A DNA stretch of 64,000 bases from Eledone cirrhosa (lineage: Eukaryota), in NCBI GenBank assembly GCA_964016885.1, contig OZ024740.1, positions 322,462,001 through 322,526,000 of the forward strand. The letters run 5' to 3'. Shown here in pieces: positions 45,002 to 56,737 of the stretch. Position 1 is the first letter of the stretch; every line of letters begins with the position of its first letter. The notes beneath the pieces are model-generated. The model worked only from the letters and a program-made list of their open reading frames with translations. It did not search any database and had not been told where the DNA came from. The translations under genes and the position numbers were made by a program.

Positions 45002-47492
45002 CTAGCTGAATGACCTGGCGTTGCCCGGGTTACTGCTGTTTTTATTCAGATTAGGAAACAATAAATATGAAGAATTTTTTTTTCTCATATTCACTTTACA
45101 TAAAATATGTCAAAGTTGTAATGATAATAGAATTTAGAAATGAAAATCTCTTCAACCCGGAAACCAACAAAAATCACAAAAAAGGAACACAAAAAAAATA
45201 TATATATTAAGAATAGCAAACAGAAATCGTAATAAATTTTCTGTCGAAAACAAAAAACAGCCAAAAAACAGGTTTTTTTTAACGGATGATAAAGTACTGT
45301 AAAGTTGTTGGAAGAGCCTGATAGAATGAGATGAGCAACAGCCAGAAGCACAGCAGCAGCAGTATTTCGAACTGTCCACCATTTAGGGTCGTAATCTTCA
45401 GTTTCGATATCAGATTTATGAGAGAGGTATATCGTGAATTATTGAGTTTTATCGATTTTTTGGCGTAATTGGGGATCAATTTTAAATATATAAATTCTGC
45501 ATGACCTAATTGAAGCTATTTCGAATATTGATAAGTAATTTTCCATTGAAGGAGGTGTTTTTTTTTAATCGCTCTGGCAGCTGCGGTGGAGGCGGAGTCC
45601 TTGGACCTTCGGATGGCTGTCTGTATCTCGGTCTGGGATGCTCTGGCAGCTGCCTTGGAGGCGGAGTCCTTGGACCTTCGGATGGCTGTCTGTATCTCGG
45701 TCTGGGATGCTCTGGCAGCTGCCTTGGAGGCGGAGTCCTTGGACCTTCGGATGGCTGTCTGTATCTCGGTCTGGGATGCTCTGGCAGCTGCCTTGGAGGC
45801 GGAGTCCTTGGACCTTCGGATGGCTGTCTGTATCTCGGTCTGGGATGCTCTGGCAGCTGCCTTGGAGGCGGAGTCCTTGGACCTTCGGATGGCTGTCTGT
45901 ATCTCGGTCTGGGATGCTCTGGCAGCTGCCTTGGAGGCGGAGTCCTTGGACCTTCGGATGGCTGTCTCCTGGTCGGTTTCTGCGGCACGGGAGGCGGCGG
46001 TTGAAGCAGTGTTCTTTGACCGTCTGGTGGCTGTTTGCTGTTTAGTTTCGGAGGCCCTTGCAGCAGCAGTAGTTGCAGCATTCCTAGCCCTACGAAGAGC
46101 TCTTTGGCTGTCACTCTCTGCTGCCCTAGAGGCGGCTGTTGCAACTGCATTCCGACAATTACGAATGGCACGATTCGAAGCGGTAACCGTAGATAGAAAG
46201 GCGCTGGGTTGGGCTATGCTAGGGGTACTTAAGTTTGAAAGCGAAGTAACAGGGGTTTGTGGCCAAAAATGCAGTCCGGCATCTGTAGACTGCTCATTCA
46301 ATCGCCTCTTTTTTGAAACAACAGACGATGTTTTCCTACGGCTAAGGGTACTCTTTCTTTTCAGTGGCATGGTTGCAATAGTACAGTAAACAGTAAAGGG
46401 GAAGCAGGTTTAGAGCAAAGGCAAAAAAGCGAAGGTGATAAGCAGTATTTTGGGGAAGGTAAAAAAAAGTGACAAATTGTTACAATTTTAAGCAAGAAAA
46501 AAGTAAACAAAAAACGTACTGGGAATGGCAAAGTACGAAAGCGAGGTCACAAAATGTAATGCAGTGAGAGTGAAGCACACGTCTACACAGTAGCCTAACC
46601 AAGTAGCAAGTGTAGCATTTGAAAACCAAAGCTTTGCAGGCCACTCAAATCAACGATAAGAGTCTGCAGAATTTTTTGATAGCAGTCTTGCCAAAACAGA
46701 ATAAAAGCTGCCACCTCCAGCCGTCCAGGAAATTTTTTTTTTGATTCAAGGCGAAAATTTGTCCACTTCTCGACCGAAAGAAAGCAAAAACTGACTCAAC
46801 TGGTTTGTGTCACGTGAAGCTGTAACTATAGCAACAGTGGTTCCCTCGGTCTCAAAGACCAAAGTAAGTGGAGAGGGGAAGGTAATGTTACTGTAACACC
46901 AACAGCGTCTCTCTCTATATTCCTCGCTCAATAAAGAAGGGGGAGGGGGAAGGTAATGTTACTATAGCAACAGTGGTTCGCTCACTGACCAAAGTGGAGA
47001 GGGGAATGTAATATTTCTGTGACACCCAAAATTTCTCTCTCTATCTTCCTCTCTCTCTCTCTAAAGAAGGGGGAAAGGGAAGGGGAAGGTAATGTTACTA
47101 TAAGACCTGTTATTCCTGTATCTCTATATACGAAGTGGAGATTCGACCTCGAGCTTCACTCTCGACCGAATTTCGAAATGATTCGAGCACGTCAACAAAA
47201 TTTAGACTCTTTTCTACCCATATTAGCAAAAAACTCAAAATAAAAAATGTTCACGCGGGCATAAAATGCAACCTCAACTCCCGATTTCACCCAAAATAGA
47301 CAAAAAGGTGGATTGCGAGCCCCTGGGGGGACCTATCAAAAAACAAAGTAGCCTAAGCAATGTAAAGGGTCATGAGGAGTGATGTATGCAAATTTGAGCG
47401 AGATCGGGCGAGCGGTGTCAACACCAACCTCGAATAATGTAGCATCCACACACACACAGACAAACACACATCCTCTGTTTTATATATATAGA
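45002..47492 (-). mobile_element. Non-autonomous composite Helitron (2.49 kb) in BUD23 last intron
   Basis: A|TCTATATATATAAAAC 5' end; ACCCGGGCAACGCCAGGT hairpin (45030-45013) then CTAG|T; no TSD. Confidence 0.9.
45516..46370 (-). CDS. Helitron-borne 284-aa ORF: basic N-terminus plus 23-aa (STPR-like) repeats; no Rep or helicase domain
   Basis: ACCATG start; MPLKRKSTLSRRK..KKRRL; five near-identical 69-bp units RRSKDSASKAAARASQTEIQTAI plus diverged units (RAAESDSQRALRR, RASETKQQTATRR, RAAETDQETAIRR). Confidence 0.65.
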   Translation of the reverse strand: MPLKRKSTLSRRKTSSVVSKKRRLNEQSTDAGLHFWPQTPVTSLSNLSTPSIAQPSAFLSTVTASNRAIRNCRNAVATAASRAAESDSQRALRRARNAATTAAARASETKQQTATRRSKNTASTAASRAAETDQETAIRRSKDSASKAAARASQTEIQTAIRRSKDSASKAAARASQTEIQTAIRRSKDSASKAAARASQTEIQTAIRRSKDSASKAAARASQTEIQTAIRRSKDSASKAAARASQTEIQTAIRRSKDSASTAAARAIKKKHLLQWKITYQYSK

Positions 47493-48457
47493 TACAATGC
47501 TTCAAGCAAACTACAATATTTTATTAAATAATAAACAGTTATATACATTGATGAACATTGGCATATAGTTCTTTATCAACAGAACAGTAAATAGTAACAG
47601 TTATATGCACTGAACAATAGTGCATAGTTCTTTATCAATAGGACAGGAAATAGTAGAGTTATATATATTACCATAGGACAGATGGGCATTAACCTGTTGA
47701 TTGCTGCATATATTTTACACAGCTACAGTTGCTGTGCTGGTTTTTTTTTTCCAGTAAAATGACTATTTTTTTTTTAAACAAACATTTATTAACCACACAG
47801 ATCTGAATGATTGACAAACGTCACATCAATAAACTAGTAACGCCATCTAGCTTTGAAGTTATGAACTGTTGGAAACAAGTTCATAACTTGGAAGTTATGA
47901 CTAATGGAAAAGAGTTCAAACATGTTAGGACGAGTAATCTCGTCCGTGGCACTGGAATGCATACATGTTAGGATGAGTTATCTCGTCTACGGCACTGAAG
48001 AGGTTAAGGCTAAGCTTAAACTATTTTGTCATTGAAACAGTTTTGGTTTGACCATAGGTTCTATTTGTCTTTATAAACTGGTTTTGTATAACAATAAACA
48101 GATATTTATACACTTAGTTATACACACTGGATGTTACTAAGGGCCAGCAGGTGGTGTTAAACAAGGTGACAGTTTATGTCTACTACTTTAGGGAATATAT
48201 TTATTGAAGGGACAAGTGGTGGTTTTAAACAAGGAGACATTAAGTCTGCCTCCTTCGTGGACATCATTAATATAGGCGAGGTGGTGATGGTGATAGATTA
48301 AGTCTACCTAACAAGACATTGGTGCAGGAACCCTGACCAGTCCGATGGTCAGTAATTCAGTATATATGAATGTAATGTCTCTCAGAAGGTCACCAAAATA
48401 TATACAGTTCTGATGATGATTCTAGTAATGATGATGGTGGTGATGATGATGACTCAC

Positions 48458-48550
48458 CTTCCCTGTCTCCTCCTTCGATCTTTCTTCTCCTGGATCCAGT
48501 CTTTGCTTTTCTTAGGATTTTTACATTTCCTCAGTTGTTTGACCCTTTCA
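48458..48550 (-). CDS. BUD23: BUD23 exon
   Basis: (R)ERVKQLRKCKNPKKSKDWIQEKKDRRRRQG(R); CAG acceptor, GTGAGT donor; phase 2/2. Confidence 0.95.
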
Positions 48551-50714
48551 CTGCAGAAAAAACAAAAGTTTGGTGTTACAAAAAAATTGGGAAATTAGAA
48601 ATTAGGTGCAAACATGAAGTTGAATATGAAAATTCCAAGAACTGGCTTAGGTCAAAACATCTTCCTTCTTTCCTCCTCTTTCCCATAGTGCAGGGAGGAC
48701 TTTTCAGTTGTCTGAAGGGCACAACAACTTCCCTAGAGTGGGTGCCATGATATAATGTGGTCCCTGGCCCATATATCAGGAGTGTGGCCCCAATTGAGTG
48801 CTGAGATATTCAACCTATGCTACCATGGAAAAGTGGATGTAAAACAGTGATGATGATGATATTTTGCAGTTCTGTCCTTTTACTCTTTGAATTTGGCTGC
48901 TTCTATGTCATCTCCCCTCAGGCACTCCTAGCTTGCTGGTCCTCTCATCACCCAAGGTCTCACATTAACCATAACACCTAGTCCTTTTACCCAACATAGT
49001 TGGCTCTCTGGAATTCCCTCCTGGCTCATATCTTTCCTACAGGTGTGGACTTGCAACAGTTTAAGTGGAACATCAACAGCATCAAACTTTCAAGTGTGAG
49101 AGGGCCTGAGAAGGCTTGGGCACTGCACATTCCTCCAGACCTACCAAGCACCAAATTCTCCAATTTGAGAGGGCCTGTGAAGTGCATGGGCACTGCGCAC
49201 CTTTTTCTTGACCTAACAGGTAAAACAATATCCTTACCATCACCGTTTGATGTCTATTTTCCTTGCTAGCATGGGTTTAGATTGTTGTCACATGTTTGAG
49301 GCCAGACTGGTCAAATGATTAGATCCTGCTAATATGCTTTGTTTTGGCTTGTTTTCTACAGCTGGATGCCGTTCCTAATGCTAGCCACTTTATGTGTACT
49401 GGGAGCATGGTTTCTATGGCTGGATGTCCTTCCTAACATCAACCATTTTATAGAGTGTACTGAGAGCATTTTATTGTGACTCCAACACTACCACCTTACA
49501 GGGTGGACAGGATGCTTTTGTAGTGGCACCAACACTATTTCATTATACCACTAGAGTGCTCAGTGAAAATGGACAGGCTGAGGGGGGGAGGGGGGGGGGG
49601 TTGAAGTTGGAGTACTGTCATTGTAATGCTGGAAGGGCAGAGGGATCATGGTGGTGCCTAACTTCCTTTGGATGTCTAAAATGGAGTATTTATATACTGC
49701 TTGGAGCAAGTGGTTGGGTGGGTGGATAGTGTCTATAAAACAAAAACAGCAGTCTGATTAGTTTTAGTAACTTGTCAACAACTAACTTATATACATATAA
49801 AAATGAGAAAACTCATCACTAGAACAGTCATTAAAACAGCCAAATGCTGTCAAAGACAGCGATGGCCAAAAATGCCTCTGAGGACAGTGACCAGCAGCCA
49901 GTGGTCAACAGAGAAACAATAACAGGATAGTGAGAGAAACAAAATAACAAGCTGTGGTGTCTGTCCTAAATAGAAAGCTAATCATAGCTATGATATAGTT
50001 AAATGAAAAACATGGTTGTCTCTGATCGAGACAAAGTGAAAGTGTATTTGAATACATACACAAATGAGAAAACTCATTGCTAGAACAGCCGTTAAAACAG
50101 CTAAATGCTGTCATCAGCAACATTTTACATTTTCTTTCCATGTTAGCATGGGCTGGAGGGGTCATCACAGTCTGGGACATAGCTATGTGTTGTTCATGTC
50201 TTCCATATTTTTGCACCAACAAAATGAATTACTGAGGACACGGTGGTCTGGATATATCTACTGTACAGTAACACTGGGATTCCAACTACAACATCTATGA
50301 CATCATCATTTAATTCTTGTTTTCCTTGCTAGCAAGGTTGGGCATGTCATCACAGACCAAGTGCATTTCAATTGGAGCTACTGGCCTCTTTGATGGGCCG
50401 GGGGCTGCATCTTGCTTACAAGCATTTGCACACTCTACAGAATGTATTGGGTGCATTTTATTGTAGCACCAGTAGTAGGAAGGTTGTCATGTCTCTCATA
50501 CAACTGAAGAGTCCTCCTAACCCTTTGGCAAGGTTTCTTTGGCTGGATATCCTTCCTATTACCAACCAATTTACAGAGTATACTGGGTGCACTGAGAGGT
50601 TGTTGTGCCTTTAACAAAACTGAAGAATCTCCTTGACTCTTTTTTGGTATTGTTTCTACTGCTAGATGTCCTTCCTATCACAGAAGTCTATAAAATATCA
50701 AATTTGAATGTTAC

Positions 50715-50819
50715 CGTTTACTGGTGTAGTCAACGTGGTTTTCAGCAGAATAACCTTCTTCAGTACCGAGACCTTTAGGAAGCTGTTGAACACCACCAGA
50801 AAACAAACAGAGGAATATC
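50715..50819 (-). CDS. BUD23: BUD23 exon
   Basis: (K)IFLCLFSGGVQQLPKGLGTEEGYSAENHVDYTSK(R); CAG acceptor, GTAACA donor. Confidence 0.94.
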
Positions 50820-50884
50820 CTGAAATAAATAATAACAATATATTATTGATGTGGTTCATTAGATCTAATTGTTGGTTTGAACAA

Positions 50885-51262
50885 TGAGAAAAACTGGGCA
50901 TAAGAGGAATCAGATGTAGTGTGCAAGAGAGAAGACTGCACAGGTATGGACATGTGATATTGGTTGAGAAAAACTGGGCATAAGAGGAATCAGATGTAGT
51001 GTGCAAGAGAGAAGACTACACAGGCATGGAGAGGCAATGGATATGGATGATTATTATTGGGTGAAAAAGTGCCAAGAGTTCTCAGTGGAAAGTAGCTGCA
51101 GTAGAGGACGACTGAAGAAAAGCTGGGCAGGGGTGAGGAGAGCTTATCTGAAATTGCTAAACCTCACAAGAGATGATGAAGGAATATAACAAGTAGAGGC
51201 AGGGATGTGCTGGAGAAGACTTGTCCAACCCATGCAAGCATAGAAAAAGAGATGTATAATGA
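50885..51262 (+). mobile_element. Decayed RTE 3' fragment with ~80-bp internal duplication
   Basis: EKLGIRGIRCSVQERRLH appears twice, then KKC..VE..RGR.KK.W and an RTE-like tail. Confidence 0.7.
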
Positions 51263-51744
51263 TGTGTCTAACTGTAATATACATCTATTACATATATATA
51301 TATATACAATACATGATATCATAGTAACTCACAATACAGTGACATAGTATCAACATAGACCATGTCTTTCATTAATGATTTATTGATGTCCATGTAATCA
51401 CAGACAGACCTCTCAATCTTCACACTCCAGCAGAACCTCCAAGATAAGACAGCTAGAGAAGAGGAGAGGGTTGTGGTCTTGGTGGAGTACAAGTGAACAC
51501 ACACACACAAAATTAAACCCAGAAACATCATTATCATAATCACCATTTTCCATGCTAGCATGTGTTAGACAGGTTGCCCTGTTGTGAGACAAGCCAGGTC
51601 TGATGACCATTACTTGCTCATACAGAACTGATTTTGGCTTCCTAACACCAACCACATTTACAATGTGGGCTGGGTGCTTTTTGTCATGACACCTACACGA
51701 CCACTTTACAATTGTAAAAAAACAGAGACAACATAAACACTCAC

Positions 51745-51830
51745 TTTTTTGCCTTGGTACTATTAGGGTAGTCAACAACCACACCACCTAAAAAGCCAGC
51801 TTTCATTGCCTGTTGTGTTATTAATTCCAA
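51745..51830 (-). CDS. BUD23: BUD23 exon
   Basis: LELITQQAMKAGFLGGVVVDYPNSTKAK(K); TAG acceptor, GTGAGT donor. Confidence 0.97.
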
Positions 51831-52065
51831 CTAAAAAACAAATGGTTAAGAAGAAAAATCATTAAAATGTATATCAATAATTCTTTCTTTGTAACATTGG
51901 CATCAGTAACTTGAAGGAAAGGGAAAGTTTATTATCTTGACCCCAGAAGGATGAAAGGAAAAGTTGACCTCAGTGGGATTTGAACTCAGAATGTAAAGAG
52001 ATAGAACAAAGCATTTTTTCCAACACATGATTTTGTCAATCCACACCTTATAATAATATCAATAA

Positions 52066-52855
52066 CTAGCAGTGGTACCCGGCGTTGCACGGGATAAGGT
52101 ATTTTGCTACGCAGGCCGCCAACAGACCTAATCATGGAAAAACTGCATGCTTGGACAATGATGACTGGATAATCTTTAACATTTTCCTCGGGGATCAAGA
52201 AAATGAATTTTTTTTTATGTGCATAATATGCCTTTAAATTTCGGGAAAATCGGCTAGACATAACGCCTCCAAAAAGCCCTAAGAAGCTGAAAAAATGAAG
52301 TTTTTTACCTAATGCGGGCCCTAGGCCATAAGAAAGTTGGAGTTTCTTTGCTTACGGCATGAAGAAGAGACTGACTAATACATAGTTACAATTTCAAGGA
52401 AATTGGTCTGACATAACGCCTCAAAAAACCCCTGAAAATCTTTAAAAACGCAGTTTTTCACCTAAAGTTGAATTGTTGTGCATAACACTCCCTGCAACAT
52501 AAGTAAGACACATGAAAAGTTTGAAAAAAATCGGTTGGGTACTTCTCGGGTTTTAGGGATTCAAACTCACAAACACACACACACAGACAGACATCCTCAG
52601 GGAAGTGACGTAATGTAGACAGACAGATATTTATAAGGGCACAACGTTATATGTATGTATCTATCTAAAAAGAGAAAGACTAAGAATTATAGAGCGAGAT
52701 CGCTAAATCGCCTAATGTGGTCCCTAAGGCATTGAAAATTTTAAATTGTTTTTGCTCAGAACACTCCCTGAAACATAAGTAATACATGTGTAAAGTTTGA
52801 AAACAGTCGGTTGGGTGGTTCTCGAGTTTTAGGGATTCAAACTCACACACACACA
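52066..52855 (-). mobile_element. Helitron derivative, 5' end unclear, with duplicated subterminal module
   Basis: 3' CCCGTGCAACGCCGGG hairpin then CTAG|T at 52066; module 52480-52590 recurs at 52755-52855. Confidence 0.7.
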
Positions 52856-53766
52856 GGTGGTTTTCTGCTTGTCAATACATATTTAACACACACACAAACA
52901 CACAAACACAAACACAGACACACATACATATATATATACATATATATACACCCATGTTCATATTTTGAGATGCATTATTCTCAAATCAGATTATTATCTC
53001 TGACAGGAAGAACCAGTTTATAATTTTTAAGAAAAATTAAGCATACAGACATATTTTAGGAAACTTATGAATTCCTGTACACACACACACACACACAGAC
53101 AGACACACATGCATACAGACACATACGCTAACACACACATACCATACACACACTCATACATACGCACATATGCACACACGCTAACACACACATACACACT
53201 TAAACCTATATATATGTATATATATAGAGAGAGACACATAATATACATATATATATATATTTAATATATTATATATATACACACACACACACACATATAA
53301 CACACTCATATATAAAACACACACACACACATATAACACACACACGCACACACATACACACACACATATAACACACACACACACATACACACACACATAC
53401 ACACACATACACACATATATATATATATATGCTCAGCCCCAGTGAGTTGGTTAAAACACCAAAAGCCAGTTTTAAAGTTGTCGTCTGTAAATTCAAAGAA
53501 CTCGGCTGTGTCTGGCTAGATCTCCATGGTAACTACTCCAAGGTCGCGCGTGCCATGGCTGGGAACGCAGGTGTCACGTGCTGGCCTAGAACGCTGGTTG
53601 TTGGAATCAGTGGTTGACGACATAACATATATATTATATGTGTGTGGAATAGTATAAATATTTCTTCGTATTTACTAACATATATATATATATTTATTAA
53701 AATAAAAGATTAAAGTTTAAGCAAAGAATCGCTGCTTTCACCCTTAACGGGATCTTCTGAAACTAA

Positions 53767-53810
<44 letters not shown>

Positions 53811-53955
53811 GATAAATCTACCAAAAGTTTACGGTAGTGTCCAAATCTATAGAATATGCATACCAACTCTAACACATATATATCCTAGAAACGATCGTAA
53901 AATGATGAATTTTTTTTAATATAAGGAACTGTTTCTTTGTTTATTCATTATTTTA

Positions 53956-53996
<41 letters not shown>

Positions 53997-54102
53997 CTGG
54001 TGATTTCTCAAGAATGAAACAGTTCTAGTCTATATATATATATTACACACACAGAAATGTATATATATTTCTGTCTATATATATATATATATATATTACT
54101 TT

Positions 54103-56447
54103 AGGAACAATAAGGTAGATGAAGCAGTCAAGGCCAAGAGACAGGCATGGAAAGAATGGAAGAACGGGGGGAGCAGGGTACATTACATAGAGACCAAGAG
54201 GGAAGCTAGGCGACAAGTATACTTAGCTAGGAGGGAAGCAGAGGATAGAAAATTCAAGCATGTTTTACAACGTGAGGACCAGAAACAGGAGGTATTCAAG
54301 ATTGCGAGGCAGTGTGTCAGAGATAGTTGTGATGTCATTGGAGAGAAGTGTATCCGGAATGATAAAGGTGAGCTTGCCCTCACAAGTGCTGAGAAGAAAG
54401 ATGCATGGAAGAGTCATTGTGGTAGATTACTAAATGAGGAGAATGCATGGGAAGAAGAGACCCTACCCCACGTAGACCCTATAGAGGGACCAGCAGTACA
54501 AGTCAGCGGCAGCGTAGTAAGTAAGGCAATCAGAGATATGAAGATAGGGAAGACAACCGGTCCATCGGGTATAGCTGCCGAGATGCTGAAGGCATCTGGG
54601 TCTGTAGGTCACACTATAACCACACGTATCGTTAACCAGGTAATACTAGAGGAGGCCATACCAAAAGATTGGTGCAGTAGCATCATTGTCAACTGCTACA
54701 AAGGTAAAGGCGATGCACTAGATAGAGGAAACTATAGAGGTATAAAGTTGATGGACCAGGTCATGAAAGTAACAGAAAGAGTTATAGCACAGCTGATTAG
54801 GGACCGGGTGAATATAGACGAGATGCAATTTGGGTTTGTACCAGGGAAAGGCACCACTGATGCCCTCTTCCTTGTGAGGCAATTACAGGAAAAGTACCTA
54901 GCTAAAAGTAAGCCACTCTACTTGGCATGTGTCGACCTTGAGAAAGCCTTTGACAGAGTTCCACGTGCAGTAATCTGGTGGGCTCTTAGAAAACTAGGAG
55001 TAGATGAATGGCATGTGAAAGCGGTACAAGCCATGTATAGGGGAGCAGTCAGCAAAGTTAGGATTAGCAATGAGTATAGCGAGGAATTTAGCGTACAAGT
55101 TGGGGTCCACCAGGGCTCTGTTCTTAGCCCTCTCCTGTTCATCATAGTCCTGCAGGCAATAACGGAGGAGTTTAAGACCGGATGCCCATGGGAACTCCTG
55201 TATGCTGATGACCTCGCACTCATAGCTGAATCTATGGTAGAACTAGAGAATAAATTCCAAACCTGGAAGCAGGGACTAGAGAGAAAGGGCCTCAAAGTCA
55301 ACATGACAAAGACTAAGGTCCTTATAAGTAGACGAGAAAACAGAACCCAGATCCCCTCAGGGAAATGGCCTTGCTCAGTATGTAGGAAAGGTGTAGGTAG
55401 GAACTCCATTCTCTGCCCCAAATGCAAACAATGGGTACACAAGAGATGTAGCGGGATCTCAGGAAGCTTAATTAAGAATGTAGGATTCACATGCAGCAGC
55501 TGTGCTGAAACAGCAAGCAAACAGCCACAGGAAACAAGTACCACCAATCTCTGGGAGGGCCCTGTAGCAACAGTAGACAGCTTCTGCTACCTAGGTGACC
55601 GAATTAGCAACGGAGGTGGGTGCTCAGAAAGTACAATAACTAGGGTAAGAACGGGATGGAAGAAGTTTAGGGAACTACTACCACTGCTAGCTGCAAAAGG
55701 CTTCTCCCTCAGAATAAAAGGCAGACTGTATGATGCGTGTATCCGAACAGCGATGTTGCATGGTAGTGAGACCTGGGCGCTGAAGGTGGAAGACTTACGT
55801 AGATTAGAGAGAAACGAAGCCTGCATGCTCCGATGGATGTGTAACAGTAATATACGTGAACGACAAAGCATAAAGGAATTGAGAGAGAGACTGAGCATAA
55901 GAGGAATCAAATGCTGCGTGCAGGAGAGGCGGTTACGCTGGTATGGACATGTGATGCGTATGAAGGATGACAGCTGCATAAAAAGGTGCAAAGCACTAGA
56001 AGTTGATGGAAACCGCGGAGTGGGGAGACCCAAGATGACTTGGGATGAGGTGATAAAAGCCGACCTTACCCAACTACACCTCTCAAAGTCAATGACACAC
56101 GACCGTGACTTCTGGCGTCACGCAGTAATACAGGGTACCCGACCTCCCATGGGTACATGCTGAAGCATATAAACAATATGCCCCCACCGCAAGGTGGTCG
56201 TGGAGGTGCCACGGCAAAAAAGCACCCAGCCCACACTGTAAAGTGGACGTGTAGGCACCACGAAAAAGCACCCAGCACTCACTGTAAATGAGGTTGGTGT
56301 TAGGAAGGGCATCCAGCTGTAGAAATCAAGCCAGATCAGTTCCTGTATGAGCAAGGCATGGTCAGCCGACCAGACACTGCCCACAACAGGACAACCCGTC
56401 TAACCCATGCTAGCGTGGAAGAACGGACGTAAAACGGTGATGATGAT
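54103..56447 (+). mobile_element. 5'-truncated RTE LINE in BUD23 intron (antisense to host)
   Basis: Open frame 54103-56163, ~280-nt 3'UTR, (GAT)n tail; no APE endonuclease domain present. Confidence 0.96.
54538..56163 (+). CDS. RTE reverse transcriptase ORF (frame open upstream to ~54103)
   Basis: NYRGIKL, QFGFVPGKGTTDA, VDLEKAFDRV, GVHQGSVLSPLLF, YADD, PHD-like C-x2-C..C-x2-C..WVHKRC..C-x2-[11 protein letters not shown]. Confidence 0.95.
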   Translation: MKIGKTTGPSGIAAEMLKASGSVGHTITTRIVNQVILEEAIPKDWCSSIIVNCYKGKGDALDRGNYRGIKLMDQVMKVTERVIAQLIRDRVNIDEMQFGFVPGKGTTDALFLVRQLQEKYLAKSKPLYLACVDLEKAFDRVPRAVIWWALRKLGVDEWHVKAVQAMYRGAVSKVRISNEYSEEFSVQVGVHQGSVLSPLLFIIVLQAITEEFKTGCPWELLYADDLALIAESMVELENKFQTWKQGLERKGLKVNMTKTKVLISRRENRTQIPSGKWPCSVCRKGVGRNSILCPKCKQWVHKRCSGISGSLIKNVGFTCSSCAETASKQPQETSTTNLWEGPVATVDSFCYLGDRISNGGGCSESTITRVRTGWKKFRELLPLLAAKGFSLRIKGRLYDACIRTAMLHGSETWALKVEDLRRLERNEACMLRWMCNSNIRERQSIKELRERLSIRGIKCCVQERRLRWYGHVMRMKDDSCIKRCKALEVDGNRGVGRPKMTWDEVIKADLTQLHLSKSMTHDRDFWRHAVIQGTRPPMGTC

Positions 56448-56660
56448 ATATTACACACACAGAAATGTATATATATTTCTGTGTGTATATATATATATTT
56501 CTGTGTGTGTATATATATATATATATATATTACACACACAGAAATGTATATATATTTCTGTGTGTATATATATATATATTACACACACAGAAATGTATAT
56601 ATATTTCTGTGTGTGTATATATATATATATATTACACACACAGAAATGTATATATATTTC
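56448..56660. repeat. Self-complementary minisatellite at the RTE 3' flank
   Basis: ACACACAGAAAT-GTATATAT-ATTTCTGTGTGT units; one further copy at 54040-54075. Confidence 0.85.
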
Positions 56661-56737
56661 TTAGAACAAAATTATTATTAATGTTTTGCTGTTCATAACA
56701 ATTGGAATTGAAAAATTACTTTTGAAATTATTAGTTA

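Noticed and set aside
45506-46389. Overlapping ORFs of 221, 164, 267 and 135 aa
   Set aside because: Shadow frames of the 69-bp repeat; only 45516-46370 has an ATG in good context and a recognisable repeat type.
49000-49200. Host exon within ORF 49000-49269
   Set aside because: LWNSL..HIFP..DLQQFK..IN resembles a decayed CR1/Jockey-group LINE C-terminus; too short to classify and lacks splice support.
53430-53617. GC-richer island between microsatellites as ncRNA or exon
   Set aside because: No snoRNA boxes, stable fold or splice signals recognised; probably a transposon fragment, left unassigned.
54918-56384. Minus-strand ORFs over the RTE
   Set aside because: Antisense shadows of the RT ORF and its 3'UTR.
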